Source: Podarcis tiliguerta
Taxonomy: Eukaryota
DNA length: 64,000 nucleotides
Assembly (NCBI GenBank): GCA_965153285.1
Contig: OZ229113.1
Direction: 5' to 3' (one strand)
Below the pieces are notes generated by a model that worked only from the letters and a program-made list of their open reading frames with translations, had not been told where the DNA came from and ran no database searches. The position numbers and the translations under genes were made by a program. Of this stretch, positions 24,668 through 37,994 are shown in pieces; positions within the stretch are counted from its first letter, which is position 1; each line of letters starts with the position of its first letter.

Positions 24668-27622
24668 ACTGCATATATATTCTGCTAAATAAGTAAAAAT
24701 AAAATTGGCAATTTGGACTTTAAATGCTTGGGTTAACTGTCCTATTTATATCCTGTACTTGAGATTTTATTAATGGTATAAAGATGTAAAATGAGGACCT
24801 ATGCATTCATTTGAATCAAAGAGATAGTGAACAAAATATTTGTTCTTGATTGAATCAACAGCCAACTTGCCGATTTTTTAATTTATAAAAAACCAGAGAA
24901 GATATTCACTAATTAATTAACCTGATCAAACTAAAATGAAATCTTGTTTATGAACAAAACCCTTGTTTATGAATACTGCTTTTGTCTTAGAAGCCAAGTC
25001 TCCTACCTAGAACTCTTTTTTCTCCTTCGGAAAATTGCCTTGAAAGTGAAGGCTGACCTTAACATTAGCTGTAATACAACCACCTTGAATTTCCTCCCAC
25101 CACTTTCATGTGTATCTTTGGCAGACTATCTGGTATCCCAGCAGGGTTATCTCTCCCCCTTTATTGAAGAATTATCACACCAATCTAAAAACCATATATT
25201 AAAAAATCAAAAAGAAAAATTGTGATAGCGCTCATTTAACACGAATGGAAAGAGTAAATACTAAATGACATAAGTACATTGGGTAAGACAGATCCATGAG
25301 CACAACCACCAGATTTAAAATACACTCAAGCACAAGTAGGGGTGAAGTGAATTTTAAACTTTATTATTCTGCTAATGAATAAAAATGCTCAATTTAGCTA
25401 TATCTTGGTCATTTTACTGTTTCCCCTCTCTGACTCTAATTATGCTAAGCTTTTGTTAGCTAACTAATGACTAACCATACTGTGATTAATAGATCTATTA
25501 TCATTTCTCTGACATCTGGTAGTATTGTATCTTTTACATAGCCCAGTAGAACAACGAGTGGCCCATCGAACTTTTTTGACAGTTTAATGTTGGAAGTGTG
25601 GTGCTTAGTTGGTTGATAGGGTCAAAGGATACCCTAAATTTATCAGGCAGCAGGTTTTTTAAAGATAACTCTGTCCAAGCCATCTTAGGCGCTGACGGAA
25701 GGCACTCTTTACCATAGACAAAGCTGAACCCAGGAGTACACACAGACCAGGAACATAGTCCTTTAGGGGGAGTGCAGCCCATCCAGAACAGGTCTCTTTG
25801 CTCAGGTGAACCACCTAAACCTAGAACTTCTGTTTATTGGCCTGCATCTGTCATGTGATTCTTTCTTTTGCTTTACTAATTCCAGGCACTGGATAGAAGA
25901 GGCACTGCCGCTTTCTGCTTTCACAGGAGGAAGTGCCTGTTCTGAAATGATGCTTGCTATGAAATGTGTACGCATCATTTAAAAATCGTGTGATTTCTTC
26001 AGAATTACTTTATGACCATGAAAATATATGCAGATTTTATATCTACATGCCTTAAGGGAACTGTTTCTCCCGGTGGCTTAAACAAGTTTGTCCTGTTGTG
26101 ATGGATTTATTGTGGTTTTTCTCTTGTGTAAGCAGACCTGTTTGTCATATTTAACAGAAAGGCAGCATCTACATGTTCTGAATACTGAATTGATTTAATA
26201 GGTGTATGATCAACCAAGATGTCTTTAATTGGATGATAGCACTAATTAATATCAATGCAGAGTTTATCCCTCAACTCCAAAAACATGAGGGCAAAGTCAA
26301 AAATGTAAGTGAAGAATTTGCCACTTATTGGCTATATGCTAATATAGGAGAGGGGAATTGGTTCTGGCCAGTGGGCTGGATCCAGTATTCCCCCACTCTT
26401 CGTGGGCTGCTTTGATGGATGGGTAGGGCTGCCTACCTGTCAGTCACCTGGTGTCTTCAGGTGATTCAACGGAAGAATCAAAGGTGTGTTCTAAATGCAT
26501 TTCTGATACTTCCTTTCTTCTTCTGTAGCCATGCCTTGAATTGAAGCTGCAGAAGCAAAGGAAGAATCAGGAGCACCATCTAAATGTGCTCTGGATTCTT
26601 CCTTTCTGGTTGTAATTTGGTGTTTTTTGAATATGATGTCAGGTGATGGACAGGTGGATGTGGGCCAAATTGGGAGGCCTGGCAGGTACACTTAGGGGGC
26701 TTAAGGTTCCCCACTGTTGTGATAATGCTCTACATTTAGTTTGCTTGTTAATTTGTATTCTGCCTTTGGTCCAAGTTGCCCAGAACAGTGTTTAACTTCT
26801 CAACAACCTTGCAAGGATTGTTCTACTGAGAAATTGTCATTTGTCCCAGTTAGCTTTCTGACAGCATCAGGTTTTGAATTAAAATTTCCCAAACACAACT
26901 TCAGCTTGTTTAAAAGTATGTAATGTAGAAAATCCTTAGAATTAAGGGGAAATGAACATCTTTAAAAACAAACATGTGGAACAGAGATTAAAATGACTTC
27001 GCCAATAAAGTAGTTTTTGTAACTTAAAATAGGAAGCTTTCCTGAGAGCTGCTTACAATCTAGTTCCTCTTAAGCATAATTGATTGCTCTAAGAGCTGGC
27101 CATTATTAGCATAATTGATACTTCTAATTCCACTTATAAACTCATAGTATTCCCAGTTTCCTTGCCTCAAAATTTAGCTGAGCAGTGTGTAATGCAAACT
27201 TGTAGATTATGAAGGAAGTTGTATGGAAACAGAATTTCAAGTAGGTTTCCTATGACCAGGATTCAAGGAACTGCATATCTCCAGTCAAGGGAGCTGTACC
27301 TAGCTCATAGAATGTACAACTCTTTTCTTTGGGCCACAGAAAGCCGTGTCTTATTACAAACTCTATATGGTTTTGAAAGGTTTGCCATGCAGTATGCTGA
27401 GAATTGTCGGGGGGTGGGGGTGGAAACAGTTCTAAAAACCCCATTCAACTTTTGGAATTACCGGTAGTTGTAGTTCTTTGGGTCCTGGCCTACTATGTCT
27501 GTTAGTTTTTAATAACCTACTAAAAATGTTTGCGTTCTTAACTTTAAACCCACTAATTTATTCGGTAAACAAATCTATTTTCACACTTAACACATACTCT
27601 GTTTTAATTTTTTTTTAAACAG

Positions 27623-27773
27623 ACACCAAATCCCGCGGCAAGCGAGTTTATTCCTAAAGGAGGATCAACCTCCCGACTCAGTAATATGTCACAGTCAAAT
27701 ATATCTGCCTTCTCTCAAGCCTTGTTCTCTCATCCTTCCATGGGAGGTCCTGCAAACGCTGGGCTAGCTCCAG
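27623..27773 (+). CDS. PAN3: PAN3 exon 6, carrying the PAM2 (PABP-binding) motif TPNPAASEFIPK
   Basis: ttttaaacag|ACACCA...CCAG|gtaagc; 151 nt. Confidence 0.96.
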
Positions 27774-28266
27774 GTAAGCTTAGAGTAATTTATTTACACT
27801 AGCTTATGAATCACAGTAGCACTAGGGAAGCTTATTACATCTAGGAACCGACTCTTCCTAAGCTCTATTTATTTAAAGTCTTACATAGCAGCCGTGCCAT
27901 CTTTAGGCGTTTGCTATCAGTCTTGTACCTGCACTTTGCACATTTCAGCACCTTAAGTGTAATTCTTGCAGCCGTCAAGGTTTCCTGCAGCATCTTAGCA
28001 TTACCAAGTTTTAGAAGGAGCTTGTAATCTTTGTTTGCATCCGTTATTTAAGGGGTCTCTCTTAACTAAATTCATTTTCAGAATATTTAGAACTATCATT
28101 AACATTTTATCTGAAAAATGGAAGTACAAGATTATCTTGGAGGTATAAAAACACCGACCTACCAGGCAAAGGACAACTCCCCACCTCACCTCCAAAGCCT
28201 ATGAATAGTTCCCAGCAAAGATAATATGTGAACATGTTTAAAGCCTATAAACCAGAAAGACTAGAT

Positions 28267-28451
28267 CAGGGTAGTCAACATTTTTATACCAACAGCCCAC
28301 TAGTGCATCTTCCTTGATGGTAAAATTTCCTTACCGCCCACCAGTGCTCGATGGAAGGAGGATTCAGCTTGTGCCATAGAACCCCCTACCGCCCACCTAG
28401 AATCCTGAAACACCCACTAGTGGGCGGTAGGGACCAGGATGACAACCCCTG
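28267..28451. mobile_element. hAT-type MITE
   Basis: TIRs CAGGGTAGTCAAC / GATGACAACCCCTG; perfect 8-bp TSD GACTAGAT. Confidence 0.9.
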
Positions 28452-29856
28452 GACTAGATTATATGCATTCAGGGCTGTTGGAAGGAAGGAAGGAACTTCT
28501 AAGTAAAAACGATGGAGAAGAGCAGTGAACCGAGTGTGCGGGAAGCAGGACGCCGCCCTCTATAAAAGATTGACAAATGAAACATCACACATTGTTAAAG
28601 CAATAACGTGAAGAGAATAGTAAGTGAGCAAGAAGAATCTAAGCTTATGGGACCACCTGTTAACATGGAATAACCTGGCTTTGGGGGCAGAGTTGCTTTC
28701 AGAGTAGTACTAGGTACATTAATTTTCTAATTGTCAGTTTCATCTGCTATATCTTGTTAGATAATATCGTTGGGAAAGAGTCGTTTAACAAGCCCTGTAA
28801 GTGGAAGACCCCCCCACAATCACTTGCACTTGCACATGACTTTCTTAACTTCTCCCTTGCTCCCCTCCCCCCAAAAATATATGGCGTGGGGGGCGGGTTG
28901 GTTGGAAAAACTCTCAGGGGAGGGGAGATTGTTTCCATCGGACAAACTGAGATGCTTGCACAGATGTTAATGCTGGCCATATCTCAACTTTGAATTCCAC
29001 CCTTTGTTATATTGTGAACCACCCTGAGATCTTTTGACGAAGGGCGGTATGTAAATCTAATAAATAAAATAATTTGTTTCCATATGGTCGTTGCTGTAGG
29101 TCACATACATGACTGCAGAAACTTTAGCTACCTCAGAGTTTTTAGTACCCAGGTTTGGGGAAGTGGGTGGAGGTGGCTAAACAGGTTTATATTTGCAATG
29201 TGCAGTATGCAAACAAGTTCTCTAGATAGCATGGCTCTTAACTCCATGTACCATGGAAATAGCATCTCCGTTTTTCATGCTGCAAAGCAGCTGCCTTATT
29301 CTCTAGTGCAGACAAAAACTAGTTTCACTTTCAAGTTTGGGGCAACCAGCGACGTTTATTTTAAAAAGAGGTCTATTATCATACCCATCTTAGGGAAGCA
29401 ACCTTAGCCTGTCTTGCATGATGGGAAATAATTGAGGATTGAGGAGGAAAATTAAGCCTCAGAGTTTTATCATAAGTAGTTACCTTGAAAATATGAATCT
29501 GCCTTAAATGAAGTCCATTTATCTGCATAGTCCAGTGCTGTCAACTCTGGCAGTTTCTCTCCAGGATGATGCCTAGGATTTTTCCAAAGCCTTTCTGCCC
29601 AGAAATGTCATGGATCTTAAACCTGGATCTTGTTCATACCAAGGTTTTTCTTTAGCAGTGAGCTATGGCTTTTCCTGTGTGCCCCCTCCTTTCTGGGGCA
29701 GCACCTCATGCCTCATACTGCTTTAAGAAAGGGGCTGAGAAGCTTCTATGAATACCAGACATGGTGCTTTGAATCCTACAGTTTGTTTTTATTTAAGTTT
29801 GGAAAAAACACTTAACATCCATAATCATAGTCACAGGAAACATTGTAGTTTTATAG

Positions 29857-29906
29857 TATGTATGTATGTATGTATGTATGTATGTATGTATAAATAAATA
29901 AATAAT
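29857..29906. repeat. (TATG)n(TAAA)n microsatellite
   Basis: Seen directly. Confidence 0.9.
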
Positions 29907-30128
29907 AGATTGCACATCCTATTTTGTTTCAGTGCTGAGTAAGTAGTACCTAGTTAATAAATTTGTCTTGACACTGAGTATAGTATGGTTAGTTTGTGTA
30001 ATCATTGCAACCTGGTGGTGGTTTTTTTTTTAAAAAAAATTCTGTGTAGGTGTCTATATAAATCGTTACAAATTATATGGCACAGACCTCAGTATTTTCC
30101 TTTCAGATGATTCTAGTTTGGTTTAAAT

Positions 30129-30906
30129 AAGGCGTGGGGAATGTTTTTAGCCACATGGGCCAGATTCTTATAAGGATCTGCCTTGCAGGGCAAATTTGAC
30201 AGGTGTCAGTCAGCTGATACCAGGGAATTTGGTGCTTTGAAGTCCCAGGATTTCAAAACAGGCAACAAGGCTGTGAAAGTGAAGGCTTCTTCCTTCCTTT
30301 TGCAGGAGAAACCTTTCCTTTAGCAGCGCCTTGCTGTCTGCTACATGCACAGTCAAAATGAGCAGGTTAGGGGGCATGATAGTTGCCTGCAGGTAAACCT
30401 CATGTACCCAGACCAAGCAGGATCCCCCCTCAATACATCAGCCAATGCACCATTGGGTGGAGGGGATCATGCTTAGCAAAGGGGGGCGTTGCATAAGAGA
30501 GCTCCCTGCAGGTTGCTCTCTTGTATGCCTGGACCAAGCAGAATTGCCCTCCTTTCACATCAGGGTGGTTTAAGCAAGCGGGCAGGTGGTTGCAGTGGAG
30601 AAGTAGAGCAGACTCTTCTCCCTTACCCTTCTGCCACTGGCTCTTCTTAAAGACAAAGTGCAAGTTACTCCAAATAGTCCTTTTGCAAAGGGCTGTTATC
30701 ACTGCTCATCAGTGATGAGCAGGGATTAAATCCCGCTGCTTTGGCTGCATGATCCTGGTCCTTGCTTGGGAATAGGCCATACAGCTAATGTAGGTGGAAT
30801 AAACCATCTCCTCCCATCCATCAGCTGTCCGGTGGGTGGACGTGGTTTGGAGTAATTGGCCTGACAAGCCAATCTTGGCCCACCAATCGGAAGTTCCCCA
30901 TCCTTG
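30129..30906. mobile_element. Older hAT-type non-autonomous element (related copies at ~26345-26720 and ~59529-60050)
   Basis: Ends AAGGCGTGGGGAA / TTCCCCATCCTTG; 8-bp near-TSD GTTTAAAT / GTTTAAAG. Confidence 0.65.
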
Positions 30907-31237
30907 GTTTAAAGAGTACTGTGGCAGTACCCGGCACTTTTTGTCTGCCATAGCAAAGTGGCACAATTAGATGGAGTTGTAATTGAATAGCTTGAAAATG
31001 TTGCAAATATTTGCTGCTGCTTTTCTTACCCTTTGGGCAAAAGTTGGTATCTTTGTGGCTAACCATTTCACTTGAATCTTACATGTAAACTGGGAAGTTT
31101 TAAAACACCTTGTCCAGCTGTCCCAAGTCTGTTTTTATCTGCAAGGAAATATACCCCCCACCCCAAGCCTTGGAGTCTGTTATGGCTGCAAATGCCTTTT
31201 CACTGCAAGTCTTCTTTTTTCCTTTTATTTTCATAAG

Positions 31238-31485
31238 GAATGTCATTGTCAGCAGGATCTTCTCCCCTTCATTCCCCTAAAATTACTCCTCACACGTCTC
31301 CTGCTCCTAGACGAAGAAGTCATACACCAAACCCAGCAAATTACATGGTGCCTACTAGTGCCTCTACGCCAGTTACTAATGCTGTCTCCCAGCCGCCAGC
31401 TGCTGGCCAGGTGATTCAGAAGGAAACTGTGGGTGGCACAACCTATTTCTATACTGACACAACTCCAGCGCCTGTAACTGGAATG
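31238..31485 (+). CDS. PAN3: PAN3 exon 7 (GMSLSAGSSPLHSPKITPHTSPAPRRRSHTPNP...KETVGGTTYFYTDTTPAPVTGM)
   Basis: tcataag|GAATG...GGAATG|gtgaga; 248 nt; overlaps ORF 31240..31509. Confidence 0.97.
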
Positions 31486-33423
31486 GTGAGAATTCCGTTT
31501 TATTTATGAAGGTATTTGTTATAATCCATAAATTAATGCTGGTATTCCATATAGTAATTACCACATTTCCAAGCTTGATTTGCATCTTGGCTGTTACTGT
31601 TGACTGCCACTGTGGCTTCCTTTTCTGTCTTGCAAAGCTTTCCTATTTGCACACAGTAGGAGAAATAATTTATATACTGCCCTTTATCTCAGAATATTAT
31701 ATTATTATCAAGTAAATAATAAAACCACAGGGCAGTTTACAGTATAAACACACAGAAATACATAACATACCAACAAACTAAACAACCTGCACCCAATAGT
31801 TCATGAGGCCATAGACCATTTAATTAGCCAAAGGCCTGTCAGCAAAGGAATATTATAGCCTGGCACCTAAATATTTGTAATGAAGGTATCGGATTAGCCC
31901 CCCCTGGAGAGAGCATGGCACAGAGAAGGGCTCGGATAATGATCTCAGGGTCCAGGGCAGTTCATATGGGGAGAGGTGGTCAGAATAAACCATGGTTTAT
32001 CATGATGGGAATGAACCTACATGAGCCTTGGACTTAAGTCCTTTCCTTTCCTCCACAAGTATGGCTGCAAGTAAGAGTGGAAGCTTCCTATTTCAATTAA
32101 CTTCCATTTAGCATTCTATCCAAACCCTAAACTGGTCAATAATTATGGTTTGAAATTGGCTTTTTTCATACAAAGCTTAGTTTGAATGATATGAAAAACT
32201 CCAGAAACAGAAATGAAAGCTTCCAAACTCTTTCATCTGTGTAGTAGAAGAGTACGTGAGTCTGAGGCTTGTTGAGTCTCCTTCCTTTCATGATAAAGTT
32301 ATTAAAGAGCAGCATGGGGAGAGCCATAGGTCTGCTGTCGATCACATGCTTTTGCATACGCAATGTTCTAGGTTCTGTTCCTTACATCTTCATTTAAACT
32401 CTTTCTGGTAGCCAGGGAAGGATCTCTGGCTGAGACCTTGTTGCCTCCTGGAGTAGGCACTACTAGACCAGAAAGACCAATGATCAGATTCTGTAGAAGA
32501 ATTACACAGTTTCAGAAGAATTACACAGGCGGCTGATGTAAAGTAAAGTAAGCCCTTTATTCATGGGATGAATAGCATAGAAATCTAGGAGCCTAGACTA
32601 GGTGGCATCAGAGATTCCTTCTATGTGAGATTGTATGCGCAGCTTTGTTGGCTTTTTATTTTAAGGCCATTGCCCCCTAAGAAAACCAGACATGCTCTCT
32701 GACATGGCAGAATTTGTTGTATCTTGAGCCCTTAGGCCAGGTAACAGCAGTGTTTGGCAAACTTTGTGCATGACTTGGGTAGTTTGCCACCATGATGCTT
32801 TCATTAGAATGTTAGATACTTTCTTAAGTATAAGATAAATACTAGCCTAGATTCTCAGAATTAATGAACAATAGCAGCATCAGCTTAAAAAAATTAATTT
32901 CAAAAAATACAACACAAAAAGTTGAGTAAGTATCAGTTTAAACTTCAATGAAGGATTAAAGCCTGGGCTTGGTACCAATCAGTTTCAGCACCATACTCCT
33001 CCATGAATGGGGTGGTGCTACCACTGAAGACTCCCAAGCTGCCACCTGCCTTATCTCCCTCAGCCAGGGGCACTCTGAGAAAGGCTTTTGAGGATGGTTA
33101 TAGGACATGTGCAGGCTTGGGGTGTGCATTTTATGTAGCCCTTATTACCTAACCAGATTCTTATTCCTTATGCTGACCCTGTACTAATATTTTGCACACT
33201 TTCCATACAAACTTATTTTTCTCCCAGAATTTCAAGTTTGGATTTTGAAAGTAATTAATTCAAATGCTGATGACTTTGCAGCCGCAACCATAAGTATGCA
33301 CCCATAAGTGTGCTCATCCTTTTTTTGATATGGCTTCTGTGGAACCACTTCGGAGGGCTTTTAAAAGATCTCATAACTTTTCAAATCCTAAAAACTGTCT
33401 GTTCCAAATTTTATCTTCAATAG

Positions 33424-33528
33424 GTGTTCCCAAATTACCACATTTATCCTCCAACTGCGCCTCATGTTGCTTACATGCAGCCAAAAGCAAATGCACCTTC
33501 CTTCTTCATGGCAGATGAACTCAGACAG
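33424..33528 (+). CDS. PAN3: PAN3 exon 8 (VFPNYHIYPPTAPHVAYMQPKANAPSFFMADELRQ)
   Basis: caatag|GTGTTC...AGACAG|gtaagt; 105 nt. Confidence 0.97.
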
Positions 33529-33687
33529 GTAAGTTCTTTCTAGTAAAATCCTAACAGATTTCCTCCCACCACAAAATTTCTCTGCCACCTTCCGCTTGCC
33601 CAAAGTTATCTGCAATGCTGTATCATAAAAAAAGAACTTCTTTCCTGGGGAAATTAACAAGATCTAAGTTAGCAGGTAAAATAGGTA

Positions 33688-33936
33688 CGGTGGTACCTCG
33701 CAAGACGAAAAACTCTCAAGACGAAATAGTTTTTCGTTTTCTGAGTTGCTTCGCAAGACGAATTTCCCTATGGGCTTGCTTCGCAAGACAAAAACGTCTT
33801 GCGCCTTTTTTAAAAAAACCGTCAATGCATTCCTATGGGAAACCGTCAATGCACAGTGGTGCTTCGCAAGACGAAAAAATTCACAAGACGAAAAAACTCG
33901 CAGAATGAATTAATTTCGTATTGCGAGGCACCACTG
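33688..33936. mobile_element. Tc1/mariner MITE with internal GCAAGACGAA repeats
   Basis: TA|CGGTGGTACCTCGCAA...TTGCGAGGCACCACTG|TA. Confidence 0.88.
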
Positions 33937-35501
33937 TATATAAAAACAGAATTGATGGTGTTTGGGATATGTGTCCTCTTTGGCTGCAATCTTATGCACA
34001 CTTGCTTGGGAGTAAAAATACCTTTTACATCTTACCTTTGCCAACCACACCATGGCAGAAGTCTGTGCAAAAGTTATTCTTGTTAGCAGTAGGCCTAACT
34101 TTTTAAAGATTTCCTACACACACAGTATTGGCAGAACAGATGATGAATCAATTTGAAGCAGGGTTGGCTTACTGTTTCCTCTCAGATATTGTTGGAATAC
34201 AACCCCTATCATCCCTGTCTGTTGGTCATGCTGGCTGGGGCTGATGGTATCTTTGCTACAAGGTGACTTTTTCAAAGCCATCCATGCCATGGAAAATGCC
34301 TTATTAAAGAAACTTAACCCACTGCCTCTTTACCTTTTCCATATCTGCTTTTTGGAGTGGGCTGCCAAGTATGTCTGTTCTTGTTGTGATAGTTTGAAAC
34401 CTTAGGGCTCTTCCTGCAATTTGTCTTGCCTGCCTCACTGCAAATTTAAAGCACTTTCTGTCATATCAGACTCCATCTGGCGAGACCAAGTTAGAACTCA
34501 GAATCATCTCAGTAAATTGGAAACATTTTCAGCAAAAAGTAGAAACTTAATAAGGACAAATGCAAGTCTCTTCTTTACTAGAAACAGATTGCTGCCAAAG
34601 AAATGTGGGTCAGTCAAGTAACAATACGGAAAAGGGCCTTAACCTTAGTTTTAAACAAAGTTTGCCTAAGCATCACTATATGGCCTTGCAAAATAATCAC
34701 GAGGGATATAAAAGGCGACTTCTGTACTCTGTGCTGTATTCTGATTTGTTGAGACCTTTGGATTACCATGTTCAGTACATAGTTTACTAGCCTGCTTTTT
34801 ACTCATTAGAAGTCTGATGGAGAACAGGTCAGCCTGGGCTCCTTTGGGAGGAAGGTCAGAACAGAAATTTCATAAACAGAGTTCTGTCCTTCCCCCAGCC
34901 GCACACTCACTTTCCTGGATGCAATTCTTCATCATTTATCATGAATTCAAAGCCACTCCTGATTGCAGTGTGATAGAAGATAGGAGTTGTTAATGTCTGC
35001 CATTGAGCAGAGTAGATTGAGAGTAGCTTCATTAGTGTTCAGATGAAATGGTGGCTGCCCTGAGAAGGATAGAGACTGGCAATGTATATATGGGGGACAA
35101 GAAATAAAACTTGAACTGCAGTCTTGGCTAGGCTTTAGAAATACCATTCTACAATGAAAGAATAGCAGAAACTTGGTTCAGATTCCCCAGGATGCAAAGG
35201 TCTGTGGTGGAGTTACCTGAAGATCAGGTTTGACAAACAATTCGATGGGGCTGGTTCAGGCGGGTTCAGTAGATGAACTGACTGAGTGACTATAGGGTCT
35301 CTTAAGGGTTGCTTCCAGCCATGTCCTTAGACAAGGGTAGCTTTAGTTAGGGATTCTGCTTCTATAAGGGGGTTCTGATAGTCCAAGTCCTTTTTCAGGT
35401 CTGTTTCTATGGTTTTGTGATTAACCGAAGCAGCATATAAGAAACAGCAAACTAGAATTTCATGTCCTTATTGGTAAGACTGCCAAAATGTATTCCTATA
35501 G

Positions 35502-35559
35502 GAGCTGATCAACAGACACTTAATTACAATGGCTCAGATAGATCAAGCAGATATGCCTG
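35502..35559 (+). CDS. PAN3: PAN3 exon 9 (ELINRHLITMAQIDQADMP)
   Basis: cctatag|GAGCTG...CCTG|gtaagt; 58 nt. Confidence 0.96.
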
Positions 35560-35773
35560 GTAAGTAACTAAAGATCCTGAATTTAAATTGCCTTTTTAAG
35601 CCGGTCTTTTGCTTGCTGTGTTTGCTACCGCAGTTAGATATATGAATAATCAATTTGCATATTAAAGCAAAGCCATTCTGAATGCAAGATTGAATATAAT
35701 CCAGTGGAGTCTCTGTATTAGGTTCTTTCAAGCTCCTTTTCAATGTATTTATTCAGTAGTGCACAATCCAAAC

Positions 35774-35774
35774 T

Positions 35775-35813
<39 letters not shown>
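35774..35813. repeat. (TTTA)n microsatellite
   Basis: Seen directly. Confidence 0.9.
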
Positions 35814-35814
<1 letters not shown>

Positions 35815-36537
35815 ATAATTTGTATAATGCAACCCTGAGGAAATGTTTGTTATATGGATGACACAGTCTGTGAAAATAAGTACTGTACAAAATCTCTCGT
35901 GCTTCAGTGGATCTCTTCTGTCTTTTGTTTATTTGTTTTTCTTCTTCAAAAAACAAAATGCATCATATTTGAAATTCAAAGTGATATATAACAAAAAGTT
36001 TTGCAAAATGACATAATAATAACGTATGAAACTAGGTCTGCTGCAGACATGGCTGGGATCACTCCTTTGGGGTGGCCTGTCTGAATAAAAACGTCTTCAG
36101 TTCTTAATGAGTGCCAGTTACTGCACTTGATTTAGATGTGAACTGCTATACTGAATCTCATCAGGGTGCTCCCAAGACAAATTTAACAATGTCTCTGTGC
36201 ATAAGGCTCTGTCAGGTCTCCGATTTTCCCATTCAGTGCATCAAAGTCTACAATGTGTTCAACAAGTCAGGAAGAAAAGCTTGCCTTAAACTGGTAATGT
36301 AAAATTAAAACTCCCATAAGTATCTTCTAGTAGAGTTCACCCTTCAGGTTTACACACTCTTTCCTACCCCATCTATAAAATATGTGAATCAGTATCTTAG
36401 TGCAAATACTGAACACGCTTTTCTTCAGTATTGGAGATTTCTGAATTTTCCAAAGCAAACCTGTGTGTTGTGGTAAAAGTTGTATAGGATTTGCATCAAA
36501 GTTTGTTGTCAGAGCTTTGTTACAGTCTTCTAAACCA

Positions 36538-36565
36538 GTGTGTGTGTGTGCGCGCGCGCGCGCGC
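36538..36565. repeat. (GT)n(GC)n alternating purine-pyrimidine tract
   Basis: GTGTGTGTGTGTGCGCGCGCGCGCGCGC. Confidence 0.95.
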
Positions 36566-36660
36566 ATTGTCTTGTCTTGTCATTGAATTGCTTTGTCTAT
36601 AATAACTCTTTTCTTCATAATTTTAAGTAGTGTCTAATGTATTTCCGTAAACTGGTTTAG

Positions 36661-36822
36661 CTGTCCCAACAGAAGTTGACAGCTACCACAGCCTTTTCCC
36701 TTTGGAGCCACTGCCACCACCCAATCGGATACAGAAAACAAGCAACTTTGGGTATATAACATCATGCTACAAAGCTGTAAATAGCAAAGATGATCTGCCA
36801 TATTGCCTTCGGAGGATACATG
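36661..36822 (+). CDS. PAN3: PAN3 exon 10, start of the pseudokinase domain (AVPTEVDSYHSLFPLEPLPPPNRIQK...YCLRRIH)
   Basis: ggtttag|CTGTC...CATG|gtgagg; 162 nt. Confidence 0.97.
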
Positions 36823-37116
36823 GTGAGGGAAATTACAAATTCTCATATTTTAAAAATTCAGTTCTACCAGTACTTAAGCCTTAAAACATTTGTGTTTCTT
36901 TGTCAATAAACCTCAAACTGGATTTAAAATCAAATTGTTCCTTTTAAATAATGGAATGGAATTGGGTATGGCTAATAAGCCATAAAGGAGACTATGATCA
37001 GATGTGTGTTTTTTAGGGTTGTGTCTTTTGCTCGCACTCTCGTACTTTAGAATAAATGTGCAAGCGACATTAAAATAGTCAAAAATCTTTGAAATGTGAA
37101 AGATTTTCTTTCTCAG

Positions 37117-37233
37117 GTTTTCGTCTTGTTAACACAAAGTGCATGGTGCTGGTTGACATGTGGAAAAAAATCCAACACTCAAACATTGTCACATTGCGAG
37201 AAGTATTCACCACTAAAGCATTTGGAGAACATT
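37117..37233 (+). CDS. PAN3: PAN3 exon 11 (GFRLVNTKCMVLVDMWKKIQHSNIVTLREVFTTKAFGEH)
   Basis: ttctcag|GTTTT...CATT|gtaagt; 117 nt. Confidence 0.97.
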
Positions 37234-37326
37234 GTAAGTTTCTTATTTTTGAGATGTTAGCCAATCGTATTGGAAGACTTGCATCAATTGCATAGCTAAT
37301 TCTCACCTCGGACTTTTTTTGAAAAG

Positions 37327-37428
37327 CTCTTGTGTTTGCCTATGACTTCCACGCTGGAGGAGAGACTATGATGAGCAGACACTTCAATGATCCTAGTGCT
37401 GATGCCTATTTCACAAAAAGGAAGTGGG
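37327..37428 (+). CDS. PAN3: PAN3 exon 12 (SLVFAYDFHAGGETMMSRHFNDPSADAYFTKRKW)
   Basis: ttttgaaaag|CTCTT...TGGG|gtaagg; 102 nt; follows a 93-nt intron. Confidence 0.96.
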
Positions 37429-37994
37429 GTAAGGCCAGCAAATGAGATCTATGCTTTTGTTTTTCCAGTGGACAAAAATTAGGGAACTACAGTTGAATTA
37501 TTGTAACTTTGCATTGTACATAGCTTTGCTGCAATTTAGGCTTCTTGAAGTGTTCAGAACATAATGTATACATGGCAGTTGCGCTGGTTATTGCAAACTG
37601 GTTTTGATGCTGCATTCACATTGGGCTTTCAGTGTAATACTCTATTCCTGTAGGTAATATAGTTTGCTGGATCAGGTTGGAGGACATTACTCTCTTAGGG
37701 TATGGCACCCCCCTCTAGTGATGACAAGCAGGGTCCTAGAAAGCATTTAGCCTCCAAATGGGAGTCACCTCTTTTCCTTTACAGCAAAAAATCTAAAGGA
37801 AAGGGGAGAGAAAACAAATAACCCAAAGGGGAAAGCCTGCACTGACAAAAAGACGGGGGGAGGGAGGTATCTTGCACTGAAACCCCCACGTTGCTAGGGG
37901 GCAAGAGGAAAGAAAGGGGAATGAGAGGCAGTTCAGACATGCTAAAAGAAGATTCTCAGATTTAAGGCAAAAAGAAGGCCAGCAAACAAGCCAG

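Noticed and set aside
33688-33936. Recurrent GCAAGACGAA units resembling a CRISPR or other repeat array
   Set aside because: Irregular spacing inside a TA-flanked mariner MITE in eukaryotic DNA; no cas genes.
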